Notes: a model not told the origin generated them from the letters alone. Shown: positions 38,751-48,252, numbered from the stretch's first letter. The stretch is 64,000 nt of DNA from Syntrophorhabdaceae bacterium (GCA_963666485.2 CAXXUO010000002.1:320001-384000), one strand, 5' to 3'. Translations and numbers: made by a program.

Positions 38751-39184
38751 TCAATGACCTCTAATTCGTCCCCTATCGAAACATCCCCCTCGGTCAGGAC
38801 CTCGGTAAAGATCCCCTCGCGCGGCATGACGCAATCACCCACCGCCTGAAAAATAGCGCATCGCGTGTGGCACTCCTTCCCTATCTGCGTTACACGCAGG
38901 AGGATCCCCTTCGACGTACGGAGCGTGGTCCCGATGGGCAATTCATAAAGGACGATCCCTTCGGTCGTCAAATTCTCCGCGAAATCCCCGGGTTTCACGT
39001 CGAGGCCTTTTTCCCGGATCTTCTCTATGCTTTCCATCGCAAGCAGGCTTACCTGACGGTGCATGAAGCCCGCATGCGCGTCTCCGGCAAGGCCCTTGTC
39101 CTTGAGCAGGAAGCAGGAGCCTATATTACGCTTCTTCTCGCCTTTCTCTTCGCTTATATTGACCGAGATTATCTTCCCTTTCAT
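38747..39184 (-). CDS. MOSC domain protein
   Basis: GDAHAG..HRQVSLL, PGDFAENL and QIGKECH...C.MPREG. Confidence 0.92.
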   Translation of the reverse strand: MKGKIISVNISEEKGEKKRNIGSCFLLKDKGLAGDAHAGFMHRQVSLLAMESIEKIREKGLDVKPGDFAENLTTEGIVLYELPIGTTLRTSKGILLRVTQIGKECHTRCAIFQAVGDCVMPREGIFTEVLTEGDVSIGDELEVIE

Positions 39185-39675
39185 GCTTTCTTTCCCGTTT
39201 TCCTTCTCGTATACGTTCCGCTCTTACCGCCGCTTTTCTGAACAAGGTAAAAAGGGCCAAGTTCGATGCCCTTATCGACCGCCTTGCACATATCATATAT
39301 GGTCAGCCCGACGACCGAGGCGCACGTCATCGCCTCCATCTCCACCCCTGTCTGTCCTTTTGTCCTTACCGTGGACGTAATGCCGACAGAATGATGGGCA
39401 TCATCGAAATCAAATTCGACGTCGACATGGGTGATCGCGAGAGGATGGCACAGCGGTATCAATTCGTGGGTCTTCTTCGCAGCCATGATACCGGCGATCT
39501 TCGCCACGTTGAATATATCACCCTTCGGCCCCTGTCCGCCCCTCACAAGATCATAGGTCTTCTGCGACATCGTGACCGCGCCCCGGGCGATAGCCTCCCG
39601 ATCCGTCTCCTTTTTCCCCGTAACATCGACCATCCGCGCATTCCCCTTACTATCAATATGGCTCAATCTTCCCAT
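39181..39675 (-). CDS. moaC: Cyclic pyranopterin monophosphate synthase
   Basis: LSHID..G.ARMVDV, LIPLCH, TGVEMEA and IYDMCKA. Confidence 0.96.
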   Translation of the reverse strand: MGRLSHIDSKGNARMVDVTGKKETDREAIARGAVTMSQKTYDLVRGGQGPKGDIFNVAKIAGIMAAKKTHELIPLCHPLAITHVDVEFDFDDAHHSVGITSTVRTKGQTGVEMEAMTCASVVGLTIYDMCKAVDKGIELGPFYLVQKSGGKSGTYTRRKTGKKA

Positions 39676-39721
39676 CGCCACCCCCGCCAATTTCTTTCTG
39701 ACCTCTTCCCTCTTCCCTCTT

Positions 39722-39745
39722 GCCTATCGCCTATCGCCTATCGCC
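39722..39745. repeat. Short heptamer array (GCCTATC)3
   Basis: Located between moaA and moaC. Confidence 0.7.
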
Positions 39746-39754
39746 CGGCGGCTT

Positions 39755-40738
39755 TCAGCCGCCTATATTCCTCAACGTCCTCTGGCATTTCCTGATCGAG
39801 CCGATCTCGTGTTTCCTCTCCGGCTTCACCTTGACCACGTCACGGACAAATTCCCTGATCGCCTCGTCATCGCTGCCCGATCTCAAAAGGGACCTCAGGT
39901 CATATTCCACGTCGGAAAAAAGGCACGGGCGCAGCATGCCGCGCGCCGTCAACCGGATCCTGTTGCACTCGGCGCATATGTGAGACGAAACGGGGCTTAT
40001 AAAACCGATCCTGCCCGAACCCCCCGCTATATCGTACACCTTTGCCGGGCCCCTGGCGTTCGCAAGCGACGGGACCAGTTCGAACGTACGCCGGATCTCA
40101 TCCTCGATCTGTTTCGAGGTGATAATGTCCGTGCTCTTCCACAAAGAGGTGTCGCCGAAGGGCATAAACTCTATGAACCGTATCTCGTGGTCCCATTTCC
40201 TGGCTATGCGGACAAAATCGAGTATCTCGTCATCGTTGAAGCCCTTGATGATGACGGTGTTGATCTTGATGGGCTTGAGGCCGCTAAAGGACGCCTTTTT
40301 GATGCTGTCGATCACCCGGTCGAATGCATCGATGCAGGTGATCCACGCGAACCGGTCTTTCCTGAGCGTATCGAGGCTGATATTGATCCTCTTTAAACCG
40401 GCCTCCTTCAGTTCATCTATTTTATCTGCAAGGAGCACGGCGTTCGTCGTAAGACTGATATCCGTGATGCCTTCTATGGCGGCAAGTTCCTTGAGAAGGT
40501 AGGGCAGGCCCTTTCTTGTCAGGGGCTCGCCCCCGGTAAGACGGAGTTTTTTCACCCCCAGGGTTGCACACACCCTGACAAACCGGATGATCTCCTCGTA
40601 GGTCAGGATCTCCGTGTGCGGTATGAACGGGAAATCGCCATCCACGCAGTACCTGCAGCGCAGGTTGCACCTGTCCGTGACAGATATGCGGATGTAATCT
40701 ATGACCCGGTTATAGTCGTCTACAAGACGCGACATCAT
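39755..40738 (-). CDS. moaA: GTP 3',8-cyclase
   Basis: CNLRCRYC, TGGEP, RFIEFMP, CAECNRIRLT..G..RPCL and C-terminal IGG. Confidence 0.96.
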   Translation of the reverse strand: MMSRLVDDYNRVIDYIRISVTDRCNLRCRYCVDGDFPFIPHTEILTYEEIIRFVRVCATLGVKKLRLTGGEPLTRKGLPYLLKELAAIEGITDISLTTNAVLLADKIDELKEAGLKRINISLDTLRKDRFAWITCIDAFDRVIDSIKKASFSGLKPIKINTVIIKGFNDDEILDFVRIARKWDHEIRFIEFMPFGDTSLWKSTDIITSKQIEDEIRRTFELVPSLANARGPAKVYDIAGGSGRIGFISPVSSHICAECNRIRLTARGMLRPCLFSDVEYDLRSLLRSGSDDEAIREFVRDVVKVKPERKHEIGSIRKCQRTLRNIGG

Positions 40739-40756
40739 GGAACGTATCTTCTCCTG

Positions 40757-42661
40757 TCAAACCGTACTTAATTTCAGCGTGCCCGTTCCGGACGTGTTAT
40801 ATCCCCCCATGCCCTCGAGGCGGCGGGCGAACTCGCCCGACAGTATCGTGTCCATCAGCATGGAATAACGTACGTCACTCATGGCGTCCTCCGTCACGAT
40901 AAGATCGTAGTCTTCCTCGGCAAGCGGGATAAAATCGAGCGAAAACGCCCGGGCAACCGAATATATCCCGATACCGGCATCGGCGATGGATTCGCGGACG
41001 AGTATCCCGACAGCGGTATGCGAGGATTCTTCCCTGTCATAACCGGTAATGGACCTTTTTTCAACCCCTTCCACATCGAGCAGGTGATCGAAGAGGATCC
41101 GGGTGCCCGAACCGATCTGCCTGTTGACAAACCTCACGCCATTCCGGGCGAGGTCCTTGATGCCGTGTATGGACAGGGGATTGCCCGGCCTGACAAGTAT
41201 ACCCTGCTGACGTTTGGCGATGTGAATGAGCTTCAAAGGAATATCCGCAAGGTATTTCTTTACCACGGGAATATTGTATGTAACACCGTCATCATCGAGG
41301 ATGTGCGTCGTCGCGAAACCGGCGACGCCCGAACGCACAGCAAGTATCCCGCTCAAGCTCCCGGTATGGGTCGAGATAAGGTCGACGCCCCGGTGGCGCC
41401 CTTTGACGATATCGCGTGCAACATCGAGCGAAAGATCGTGGCTGCCGATAATATGGATGCACCCCTGTATGGCGGATTCATCGCGCAGAAGTTCACAGGG
41501 CACCTCTTCGCCCTGCGCCAAGCCTTCCTTTTGCTCGGGAATACGGATAAGGCCGTCCGCCCTGGCCATCGATGAGAAGGCGCTCGCGCCCCTCGGCAAG
41601 GGTATCGCGTAATATCTTCCGCCATTGCTGACGAGGTTGACCCGTATTATCTCCTCTATGCCGATCCTCGACGGTATCTTGTAGGCCGCCATGCACGGGA
41701 CGGTCCGCGCATGAAATGTGACACCCAGGTGCTCTTCGCACACCGGCCTCACAAATCTCATAAAGGTCAGGACGGCCGAAACGGGGTATCCCGGAATGCC
41801 GAACACAGGGGTACCGCCGACAACGCCGAACAGAAGCGGTTTGCCCGGCATCATCGAGACCCCGTGGAAAACGACCTTCCCTGCCTCGTCGATGACGCTT
41901 CCCGTGAAATCTTCAGTCCCCGCACTCGACCCCGCGTTGATCAGGACAATATCATACGCCGCAGAACCGTTCCTCACCGTTTCGAGGAGTTCGTCCCGTG
42001 TCGTTACGATAGGCGATACCGACGGGTCGCAGCCCGATCCGGCGGCAAGGGCGCTCAGAGTATACGAGTTGAAATCGATAAGACCTGCCGCGGGGTTGGC
42101 GTGACTGTCCTTGAATATGTCTATCAATTCTTTCCCCGTCGGGACCACGAGGACCCTCGGCCGTTTGCGGACAGCCACGTCCGTGATACCGGCGGATATG
42201 ATCATGCCCATGTCGAACGCACTTATCACGTGATTGACGGGCAGCAGCATGTCCTTCTCTATGACGTCCTCGCCGACCATCCGCGTGTTCTGCCAGAGAT
42301 AGGCCGGTTTCCGTATCGTGATCGCGCCGCCGGAAACCTCGGCGTCCTCCACCATGATCACCGCGTCCGTGCCGTGCGGCAGGATGTCGCCCGTGTTGAG
42401 GGCAAACGCATCGGAACCGCACGTGAGCACGAGCGGGCTCGCAACATCGGCGCCGAGCGTATTTTCATGAACGACCGCAAATCCATCCATCGCGGAGCAC
42501 AGGAACGGCGGGTTCGAGACGTTCGCGTACACAGGCCTCGCCGTCACCCTGCCGAGGCATGCATGGGCGGGCAGGTTTTCTTCCCCGAGACCGGGCCTGA
42601 CATGTTCCAGGATCAGGCGGAGAGCTTCGTCGCTGGAAATTGTTTTCAGGTATCGCTTCAC
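40757..42661 (-). CDS. MoeA fused to a C-terminal PBP/LysR-type substrate-binding domain
   Basis: SAMDGFAV, GSSAGTED and PGKP...PGYPVS, then GSHD, GSLSG, FVNRQIGSGTR and ADAGIG. Confidence 0.92.
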   Translation of the reverse strand: MKRYLKTISSDEALRLILEHVRPGLGEENLPAHACLGRVTARPVYANVSNPPFLCSAMDGFAVVHENTLGADVASPLVLTCGSDAFALNTGDILPHGTDAVIMVEDAEVSGGAITIRKPAYLWQNTRMVGEDVIEKDMLLPVNHVISAFDMGMIISAGITDVAVRKRPRVLVVPTGKELIDIFKDSHANPAAGLIDFNSYTLSALAAGSGCDPSVSPIVTTRDELLETVRNGSAAYDIVLINAGSSAGTEDFTGSVIDEAGKVVFHGVSMMPGKPLLFGVVGGTPVFGIPGYPVSAVLTFMRFVRPVCEEHLGVTFHARTVPCMAAYKIPSRIGIEEIIRVNLVSNGGRYYAIPLPRGASAFSSMARADGLIRIPEQKEGLAQGEEVPCELLRDESAIQGCIHIIGSHDLSLDVARDIVKGRHRGVDLISTHTGSLSGILAVRSGVAGFATTHILDDDGVTYNIPVVKKYLADIPLKLIHIAKRQQGILVRPGNPLSIHGIKDLARNGVRFVNRQIGSGTRILFDHLLDVEGVEKRSITGYDREESSHTAVGILVRESIADAGIGIYSVARAFSLDFIPLAEEDYDLIVTEDAMSDVRYSMLMDTILSGEFARRLEGMGGYNTSGTGTLKLSTV

Positions 42662-42682
42662 GGGAGCCCCCGCTGCAGTTCT

Positions 42683-43906
42683 CTATTCAAGGGGATAGAC
42701 CTCGACACGCTCATCTCTCTCAAGGCCCTCGACGCCTTCAGGCACTATTATGTATCCATGGGCCGCCGACAACGACGATATGACGGATGATTTTGCAAAG
42801 ATGGGTTCGACGAGCAGCGCATCGCCCTGCCCTGCGACCTTTACCCTGACGTATTCCTCGATACCGTACGATGACGGGACATTTGTCGTGAGCATCCCGG
42901 TCGGCACGAGTGAAGGCCCGGGGTCCTCGCCAGCCATATTTTTCAGAAGCGGCACAACAAACCTGACGGTCACCATCGCGCACGAAACGGGATGTCCCGG
43001 AAGGCCGAAGACCGGTTTCCCGAACAGCCGGCCGAAGATCGTCGGCTTTCCGGGCTTGATGTTAATGCCGTGAAAAAGTATCTCACCGCCAAGCTCCACG
43101 ATCGAATCCGTTATATGGTCCCGCTCGCCTTTGGAACTTCCCCCCGATATGAGGATGAGGTCATATCCTGCGGCGGCCGACAATTTCTCCGTTATGTCCT
43201 CGATGGTGTCACGGGCAAGACCGGCAAAATGAACGTCCGACCCCGAGGCCCTCACCAGCGAGCCCACGGTGTGCCTGTTTATGTCCCGCACCTTGCCAAA
43301 GGGCGGCTTTTCATCGACAGGAACTATCTCATCCCCGGACGACAGGAGGGCAACGCGCGGCTTTTTGAAAACAGGCACGCGTCCTTTGCCTATTGCCGCC
43401 AGGACCCCGGCGTCAAAGGAGGATATCCTTTTGCCTTTCCTGACGATCACGGAGTTTTCGGAGATGTCTTCGCCGGGATAGACGATGTTTTCATTCCTGG
43501 AGACCGGCCGTGTAATTTCCACTTCACCGCGCATCTCGCGGACATATTCCTGCATAACGACGCCGTCTGCGCCATCCGGCACCATCGAACCCGTGCTCAC
43601 CCGGACCGCATTGCCTTCCCTGACAGTGATGCCGGCCGGCTCGCCGATGCGTACCTCGCCTGACATTTTCAGGAACGCCGGGTTCGTCTCGCGGGCGCCC
43701 TGAACATCTTTTACGATGACTGCGTATCCATCGACGAGGGACCGCGCAAATCCCGGGATCGCCTCCGGCGAGATCATGTCTTCTGCGGCTACCCTGCCCG
43801 GGGCCGATGCGAGCTCGACCGATTCATCCGCGCGGTCGAAACTGATAGCTTCTATCCTTGCAAAAGCCTCCCGGACAGTGACCGATGTGAGAAATTCCGA
43901 CGACAT
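42683..43906 (-). CDS. moeA: Molybdopterin molybdotransferase
   Basis: RSLVDGYAV, TGSMVPDGAD, SSGDE, SGGSSKG and KPGKP...LPGHPVS. Confidence 0.93.
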   Translation of the reverse strand: MSSEFLTSVTVREAFARIEAISFDRADESVELASAPGRVAAEDMISPEAIPGFARSLVDGYAVIVKDVQGARETNPAFLKMSGEVRIGEPAGITVREGNAVRVSTGSMVPDGADGVVMQEYVREMRGEVEITRPVSRNENIVYPGEDISENSVIVRKGKRISSFDAGVLAAIGKGRVPVFKKPRVALLSSGDEIVPVDEKPPFGKVRDINRHTVGSLVRASGSDVHFAGLARDTIEDITEKLSAAAGYDLILISGGSSKGERDHITDSIVELGGEILFHGINIKPGKPTIFGRLFGKPVFGLPGHPVSCAMVTVRFVVPLLKNMAGEDPGPSLVPTGMLTTNVPSSYGIEEYVRVKVAGQGDALLVEPIFAKSSVISSLSAAHGYIIVPEGVEGLERDERVEVYPLE

Positions 43907-43994
43907 ACGCACCTTATAATAGCATAATGGCAGCGGTTTTTCCTTCTTAATCCCCCTTGTTAATTTTGCGAAAAACGGGTATCATACCAGTAAT

Positions 43995-44606
43995 ATGACA
44001 CCAAAACGGATTATACTCGTCGATTTCGAGAACATACAAAGGCTTGACTTTGACAATATGGACATATCCAACACGAACCTGGCCATATTCGTCGGAAAAT
44101 CTCAGAACAAGATACCGTTTTCCCTCGTCGAAAAGGCGCAGTCGTTCGGTGAACGCCTCGTCTGGATAAAAATAGCCGGGGACGGGAAGAACAATCTCGA
44201 TTTTCACCTTGCGTTCGAGCTTGGAAGGCTCTGTGAGAGGATGGAAAAAGACGTTGAATTGATCATACTTTCAAAGGACAGCGGATACGATTCCCTGATC
44301 CGGTACGTGAACGAGCTCGGGATCAAGACGCGCAGGATCGCGAATCCCGCCGAATTGTCGGACAACACAAAACCGTTGCCGTCTTCAAACTACACGAAGT
44401 ACATCGTCAACAACCTCACGAAGATAGACGGCCAGAAGCGCCCCCGCACCGTGAGGACACTCAGGAAGCACATAGAGTCGCTTCTGCGCGACAAGGCCGC
44501 TGCGAGCGAGATAGACGCCATTCTCGAAGAGATGTTTATCAAGGGACTGCTCGCCGAAATCAACAACCGGCTGAAATACACCTTCGATACATCCGAAGCA
44601 TCTTAA
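43995..44606 (+). CDS. PIN/NYN-like domain protein
   Basis: LVDFENIQ, GKNNLDFHL and ILSKDSGYD. Confidence 0.85.
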   Translation: MTPKRIILVDFENIQRLDFDNMDISNTNLAIFVGKSQNKIPFSLVEKAQSFGERLVWIKIAGDGKNNLDFHLAFELGRLCERMEKDVELIILSKDSGYDSLIRYVNELGIKTRRIANPAELSDNTKPLPSSNYTKYIVNNLTKIDGQKRPRTVRTLRKHIESLLRDKAAASEIDAILEEMFIKGLLAEINNRLKYTFDTSEAS

Positions 44607-44657
44607 AGGTCCCGCACCCAGAGCGGGCCGATCTCATTTTTTCCGGGGGAGCGATCA

Positions 44658-45698
44658 ATGTACGAGAAATGGCGCGGCCCTCATCCGGTCAAGGCAATAA
44701 TTCTTGCCGTCATACTGGCCATTATCCCGTCATGGACCATGGCAGGGGACCAGCAGTTCTTCGCCCTGGGGGACGTAAGACTCGAGCTGGGAGGCATGAT
44801 CAAAGAATGTGTCCTCGGCTACCGGACATATGGGATCCTCAACGAGGCACGGTCGAACGCGGTATTGTTCCCGACCTGGTATACCGGGACGTCTCAAGAA
44901 CTCGAGCCTTTCATCGGGCCGGGGAAAATGCTCGACACGTCACGGTATTTTGTCATAGGCGTCGATTCGTTCGGCAACGGGATCTCATCATCGCCCTCGA
45001 ACAGTCCACATCAAAAAGGCCGCTCCTTCCCGGAATTCACGATCGGGGACATGGTCAGGGCACAGGTGAGGCTCGCATCGGAAAAGTTCGGCATAACGCG
45101 TCTCCACGCGGTCGCAGGCATTTCGATGGGAGGTCTGCAGGCATACTATTGGGCGGCGGCATTTCCGGGCTCAGTCCGCAAGGTCGTTGCCATAACAGGT
45201 ACCCCGCGACCCACCGCCTACGACCTTCTCTTGTTCGGAACACAGCTTGCCCTGCTTGATGGCGATCATGCGGGGACAGGATGGGACACCGTCTCACTGC
45301 GCGCCGTCACAGGCCTCAACGCGATGGCGGCGAACACCCCGGCGCGATTCAACAGCCTCACCGGCCGGGACGGCCTCACATCACGCGTCGAAAAGGATGA
45401 GGACATTTTCAGGAAGAAGGACCCTCTCGACCTGGCCTCGCAGATGAAGGCCCTTATCAGGCACGACATATACACGCTGCCCGAAGCGAAGGCGAACATA
45501 GCGCGCCTCGACCGTTCATCCATGCTTTCGGTGATATCCAAACAGGACAGGATGGTAAACCCGGGCCCCGCCACACAGTTCGCCGCATCAACGGGCACCG
45601 CCTCCGCCGTCTTTGACAGCGACTGCGGACACTACATTTTCCAGTGTGAATACGCGGCGATCACCACGATCGTATCGGAGTTCCTTCAAAAACCGTAA
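44658..45698 (+). CDS. Alpha/beta hydrolase, homoserine O-acetyltransferase (MetX)-like, with signal peptide
   Basis: YRTYG.LN...SNAVL, GISMGG nucleophile elbow, D and CGH; hydrophobic N-terminus. Confidence 0.8.
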   Translation: MYEKWRGPHPVKAIILAVILAIIPSWTMAGDQQFFALGDVRLELGGMIKECVLGYRTYGILNEARSNAVLFPTWYTGTSQELEPFIGPGKMLDTSRYFVIGVDSFGNGISSSPSNSPHQKGRSFPEFTIGDMVRAQVRLASEKFGITRLHAVAGISMGGLQAYYWAAAFPGSVRKVVAITGTPRPTAYDLLLFGTQLALLDGDHAGTGWDTVSLRAVTGLNAMAANTPARFNSLTGRDGLTSRVEKDEDIFRKKDPLDLASQMKALIRHDIYTLPEAKANIARLDRSSMLSVISKQDRMVNPGPATQFAASTGTASAVFDSDCGHYIFQCEYAAITTIVSEFLQKP

Positions 45699-45726
45699 GG
45701 CGTGAGAGCGTAAGGCGTTACAAGAT

Positions 45727-45760
45727 AAAGACACTGGATTCCGGCAAGCCGGAATGACGG
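45727..45760. repeat. REP-like palindrome, copy B1
   Basis: AAAGACACTGGATTCCGGCAAGCCGGAATGACGG; identical copy at 47436-47469. Confidence 0.9.
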
Positions 45761-45839
45761 TATTTGTTCTTTTAGGTATCGGGAAATATTCAGCCGCGGC
45801 TATGACTTTTTAAAATTTTTTGACAGGTGAAGAGAAACC

Positions 45840-47198
45840 TTACGCCGTACGCCGTCCCATAAACATAACCGTCTGCCCCTCCGCCTGGTCGAGGACCATT
45901 CCGGTCCATTCGATGGTTATTGTCCTGCCGGTGGGCCTTAAGGTATTCAGCTTTAAAGGGTCCGGGCTCCTGCCAAGTTGAAGGACCGTGTCCAGGAATT
46001 CCTTGAACAGGCCGGCGTCCTTTTCATCGAACATGTCCTGCATGCGGCGGCCGATGAGGTCCCGCGGGTGACCGGCGCCGAGCATGTCATAGGCAGCAGC
46101 ATTCGCAAATATGATGCGTCCCTCGTTGACGGTAAGGATCGCGTCCGGGAGCATCTCGATCAGCTGACGATATCGTTTTTCACTTTGCAGCAGGGCCTCT
46201 TCGACCCGTCTTCGATCGGTGATGTCTTCCACGATAGACACAACTTCCGCGATCTTTCCTTTTTCATTCTTGAGCGGCGTGCTATTGACGCTTACAATGA
46301 CAGTTGACCCGTCTTTCTTGACCATTTCATACTGCTTGTCGTACGACACCCCTTTCTTGATCACCTCCCTGACCGTCCGATGGACCCGGGGAAGGTCATG
46401 GGGATGAAAAAGGGCGGCTATCGGCCGGCCGATGATCTCATTTTTTTCATATCCGAGCACGTCCCTGATCTTCGCGTTACAATCGACGATGATCCCTTTT
46501 TTATCTGTCGTTGCGATCAGGTTGGCAACCGATTCGAAGATGGAAAGATAATTATGTTCGCTCGCCCGAAGGGCTTCGCCCCCTCGCCGGAGCATCTCCT
46601 GGAGTTTCTTATGGTCCTTGATGAGATCGAGAAGATGTTCGGCGCTGAGCTTTTTTATTGCTTCATTGGGCGTTGCCGAGGGATCGGGGAAGAGGAAATT
46701 CTCATAAACTCCATCCCCGATAATCAGCGACGGGAAAACAGCGAGCACATGAAAAAGGGCCTCCGGCGAGATCCTTTCTATACAGTACATAAAAACGGCA
46801 ATGGACCGTTCATTGACGATAGGCCCGAGGTCACGGGAAATATGGGAGAACCATTTTCTGCCAACCTTCCTCAAGCTTTCCGTGTCGTCGACGGCGACAC
46901 GGATCGTCTCGGACGCATCCGGCCCGCACATCTGTCTGAAAATTCCGGCGGGTTCCTGTTCTTCCCTGTTCGCGAGGAGCAATTTTCCGGCTCTGCGCGC
47001 CTCTTCGACATCAACGCCATTACCCCGGAGCAGATCTATAAATGCGTGGTCACTGTGGTTTGAATTGACAAAAAGATTTTTTTCGTTCCTGTCGAAACCC
47101 TGTTTAAAATAGGAGCATAAAAAGAGGTCGGCTTCGTCCTGATTAACGTAAAGGTAGCAATAATTTTCTCCGGGTTTTAATAACCGCAGTTTCGGCAT
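45840..47198 (-). CDS. MEDS-like plus two PAS domain sensory protein with no output domain
   Basis: N-terminal MEDS-like pattern, PAS with FHPHD and EDITDRRRVEEAL, second PAS; ends at GRRTA*. Confidence 0.75.
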   Translation of the reverse strand: MPKLRLLKPGENYCYLYVNQDEADLFLCSYFKQGFDRNEKNLFVNSNHSDHAFIDLLRGNGVDVEEARRAGKLLLANREEQEPAGIFRQMCGPDASETIRVAVDDTESLRKVGRKWFSHISRDLGPIVNERSIAVFMYCIERISPEALFHVLAVFPSLIIGDGVYENFLFPDPSATPNEAIKKLSAEHLLDLIKDHKKLQEMLRRGGEALRASEHNYLSIFESVANLIATTDKKGIIVDCNAKIRDVLGYEKNEIIGRPIAALFHPHDLPRVHRTVREVIKKGVSYDKQYEMVKKDGSTVIVSVNSTPLKNEKGKIAEVVSIVEDITDRRRVEEALLQSEKRYRQLIEMLPDAILTVNEGRIIFANAAAYDMLGAGHPRDLIGRRMQDMFDEKDAGLFKEFLDTVLQLGRSPDPLKLNTLRPTGRTITIEWTGMVLDQAEGQTVMFMGRRTA

Positions 47199-47353
47199 CG
47201 GGTTACCCTGCTAACAAATGTTTATTGCACGCTAGTACCATAATTACACATTCTTTACCAGATTACGAGTCCTTTTTCCTTAAAAATTGCTAAAATAGGC
47301 TTCGCAGCCGAACCATTACATAAGGCGTAAGCCGTAAGTCGCTGTAACCCCAT

Positions 47354-47469
47354 CCGTCATTCCGCCGGCCTTTGCGGCGGAATCCAGCGTCTCTAACATG
47401 TTCGTCCTATCCTGCATTACGAAAGAAGGGGAGCCAAAGACACTGGATTCCGGCAAGCCGGAATGACGG
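47354..47469. repeat. Inverted REP doublet (REPIN-like)
   Basis: 47354-47392 is a reverse-orientation variant of 47436-47469 (CTGGATTCCG...CGGAATGACGG). Confidence 0.8.
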
Positions 47470-47531
47470 CCCGACGATGTCTCGCGCGTCTTGACAGTAT
47501 TTCAAGAAAATTTAAATGAGGAAAAATTTAA

Positions 47532-47569
47532 GAAAACCTTGGATCCCGGTGTCAAGCACCGGGATGACG
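47532..47569. repeat. REP-like palindrome, copy A2
   Basis: Identical to 35888-35925. Confidence 0.9.
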
Positions 47570-47582
47570 GACAGTGGTAGAT

Positions 47583-47679
47583 GCCGTTAGCCGTTAGCCT
47601 TTAGCCTTTAGCCGTTAGCCTTTAGCCGTTAGCCGTTAGCCTTTAGCCGTTAGCCGTTAGCCTTTAGCCTTTAGCCGTT
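47583..47679 (-). repeat. Heptamer tandem array of GCCGTTA/GCCTTTA (about 13 units)
   Basis: Direct reading; abuts the stop codon of the 47679 gene. Confidence 0.92.
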
Positions 47680-48092
47680 TATCTAAGCATCCAGTGGATA
47701 GATGCCGCGCAGATGATGGTGAGTGCTGCAAGAACGGTGAGGATCGTCGGCCATTCCCACTGGCCCATCTTTACTATTTCGCGCCAATCGCAGTTCGTAC
47801 AGTAAAAGACCTTCCGTCCGGCATATTTCAGGACCCATTCACGGGGATGTGCCCTGTAGCTTCTCTTCACTTCATGCCCGCATTCGGGGCATTTCAAAGA
47901 CGTGAGCGCCTGGCGCAAATAGAGCGGTCCCATGTCTGAGGCTGGCCGCGTCGCTCCGTATTGCATCAGGTGCGGATACTGCGTGTGGTCGGCGATAAAA
48001 TCGATGTCTTTGAGGCCCCTGTTTCTTTCATCTACAGAGACACGGAGACTGCCTTTTTGGATTTTTGAGATTGCGTTCTGGTCCATGAACAC
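47679..48092 (-). CDS. Hypothetical zinc-ribbon protein with C-terminal TM helix
   Basis: CPECG...CTNC plus a hydrophobic tail. Confidence 0.6.
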   Translation of the reverse strand: MFMDQNAISKIQKGSLRVSVDERNRGLKDIDFIADHTQYPHLMQYGATRPASDMGPLYLRQALTSLKCPECGHEVKRSYRAHPREWVLKYAGRKVFYCTNCDWREIVKMGQWEWPTILTVLAALTIICAASIHWMLR

Positions 48093-48162
48093 CCCCCGAT
48101 GTTCCAGAATCTGTTATTGCGTTTTAACTACTGCCAGAGAAGTGAAGCAAACTATTATATAA

Positions 48163-48244
48163 TGCCGAAGGCGGGATTTGAACCCGCACGAGTCTCCCCG
48201 CCACCCCCTCAAGATGGTGTGTCTGCCAATTCCACCACTTCGGC
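48163..48244 (-). tRNA. tRNA-Leu(GAG)
   Basis: Acceptor GCCGAAG/CTTCGGC, GGAATTGGCAGAC D-arm, loop TTGAGGG and long variable arm; follows secG. Confidence 0.96.
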
Positions 48245-48252
48245 ATTCTTTA

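Noticed and set aside
43907..43994. Moco/Wco riboswitch upstream of the moeA operon
   Set aside because: The spacer is under 90 nt, is shared with a divergent gene and shows no multi-stem structure.
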